Source of the DNA: Candidatus Aenigmatarchaeota archaeon
Lineage (GTDB): Archaea; Aenigmatarchaeota; Aenigmatarchaeia; Aenigmatarchaeales; JACQIB01
Length of the DNA: 17,144 nt
Direction of reading: 5' to 3'
NCBI GenBank assembly: GCA_046760225.1
Contig: JBHIDR010000018.1
Coordinates: 1-17,144, forward strand
Shown: positions 16,704 to 17,144 of the stretch, one piece after another
Numbering within the stretch: the stretch's first letter is position 1
How the letters are laid out: the number at the start of each line of letters is the position of its first letter
Made by a program: the position numbers and the translations under genes
Notes under the pieces: generated by a model
Told to the model about the DNA's origin: nothing
The model's database searches: none
What the model saw: only the letters and a program-made list of their open reading frames with translations

Positions 16704-16714
16704 TTTTATATAAA
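16704..16714. promoter_or_regulatory. TATA box of the tRNA gene (possibly bidirectional)
   Basis: TTTTATATAAA ends ~24 nt upstream of the tRNA 5' end and lies ~20 nt upstream of the divergent ORF start. Confidence 0.65.
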
Positions 16715-16737
16715 TTCAAAGTTCATTCTGAAATTAC

Positions 16738-16907
16738 AGCGGGGTGGGGCAAAATACCAGGAATTCACTTGGTATTCCCTAAGCCTGGAGTGCCCGTCGA
16801 TCCTGAAAAGGAGCGGATGGCTCAGAGGGATTGTCCTTGGATACCCGAAACAGTAGACTGCTGTCTGCTGTGGGTAAAGGTCAAGAGTTCAAATCTCTTC
16901 CCCGCTA
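16738..16907 (+). tRNA. Initiator-Met-type tRNA body with four BHB introns; spliced anticodon reads CAG
   Basis: Exons 16738-16751, 16783-16799, 16819-16826, 16843-16848 and 16878-16907 join into a 75-nt cloverleaf: acceptor AGCGGGG/CCCCGCT plus A73, D stem GGGC/GCCC, anticodon stem TCGGG/CCCGA, loop CTCAGAA, variable loop AGGTC, T arm AAGAG-TTCAAAT-CTCTT. CCA is not encoded. Confidence 0.92.
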
Positions 16908-16911
16908 TCCA

Positions 16912-16919
16912 TTTCTTTT
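16912..16919 (+). terminator. Oligo-T tract, putative archaeal terminator of the tRNA
   Basis: TTTCTTTT 4 nt after the discriminator base. Confidence 0.5.
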
Positions 16920-17009
16920 ATTGACGTTGTAGGCTGATTGACGTTATGAATTAATTATACATTTAAATACTTCGTGTATATAGTTAATTTAGTTAATTGG
17001 GTGAAATGA

Positions 17010-17144
17010 ATGGCTAATTTCAAGGAGATACTTGCAAAGAAAAAACCCATAATCTGGGAAGAAGTCCAAAAATATTTATTAAAGGAAGGACCATTTGGGT
17101 TCCCAGAGATAGTAAATGAATATCCAAAGAGGCAGGGGAAATAC
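17010..17144 (+). CDS. Hypothetical protein, N-terminal fragment (runs off the window)
   Basis: ATG 17010 preceded by SD GGTGA; frame open to the window end (MANFKEILAKKKPIIWEEVQKYLLKEGPFGFPEIVNEYPKRQGKY). Confidence 0.6.
   Translation, partial: MANFKEILAKKKPIIWEEVQKYLLKEGPFGFPEIVNEYPKRQGKY

Noticed and set aside
16825..16841. Intron at 35/36 that would restore a CAU anticodon
   Set aside because: It leaves a 6-nt anticodon loop (CUCAUA), and the required central helix (GGCU with CUUG) does not pair.
16738..16907. SRP RNA, RNase P RNA or tRNA-Leu(CAG) interpretation
   Set aside because: Too short for SRP or RNase P RNA and lacks their motifs; no long variable arm or G37 for Leu; the spliced body matches initiator tRNA determinants.
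16601..16924. 107-aa plus-strand ORF
   Set aside because: It overlaps the tRNA gene and the opposite-strand CDS; the sequence is fully explained by tRNA exons and BHB introns.

Overview
Archaeal chromosomal window; gene content and compact layout suggest a DPANN-type archaeon, which is inference only. It carries mostly information-processing genes: diphthine-ammonia ligase (minus strand) divergent from a TBP - MCM - RPA32-like - hypothetical - aIF2beta run. The MCM is interrupted by two ~550-aa LAGLIDADG inteins. Next come a 1099-aa Cys-rich beta-propeller surface protein, an S26/Sec11-like peptidase, a degenerate RFC large subunit divergent from a Holliday junction resolvase, a DUF371-like gene and several small hypothetical genes. 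The most unusual element is missed by the ORF track: a 170-nt tRNA gene at 16738-16907 with an initiator-tRNA body. It is split by four bulge-helix-bulge introns (positions 14/15, 29/30, 37/38, 43/44), and its spliced anticodon reads CAG rather than CAU.
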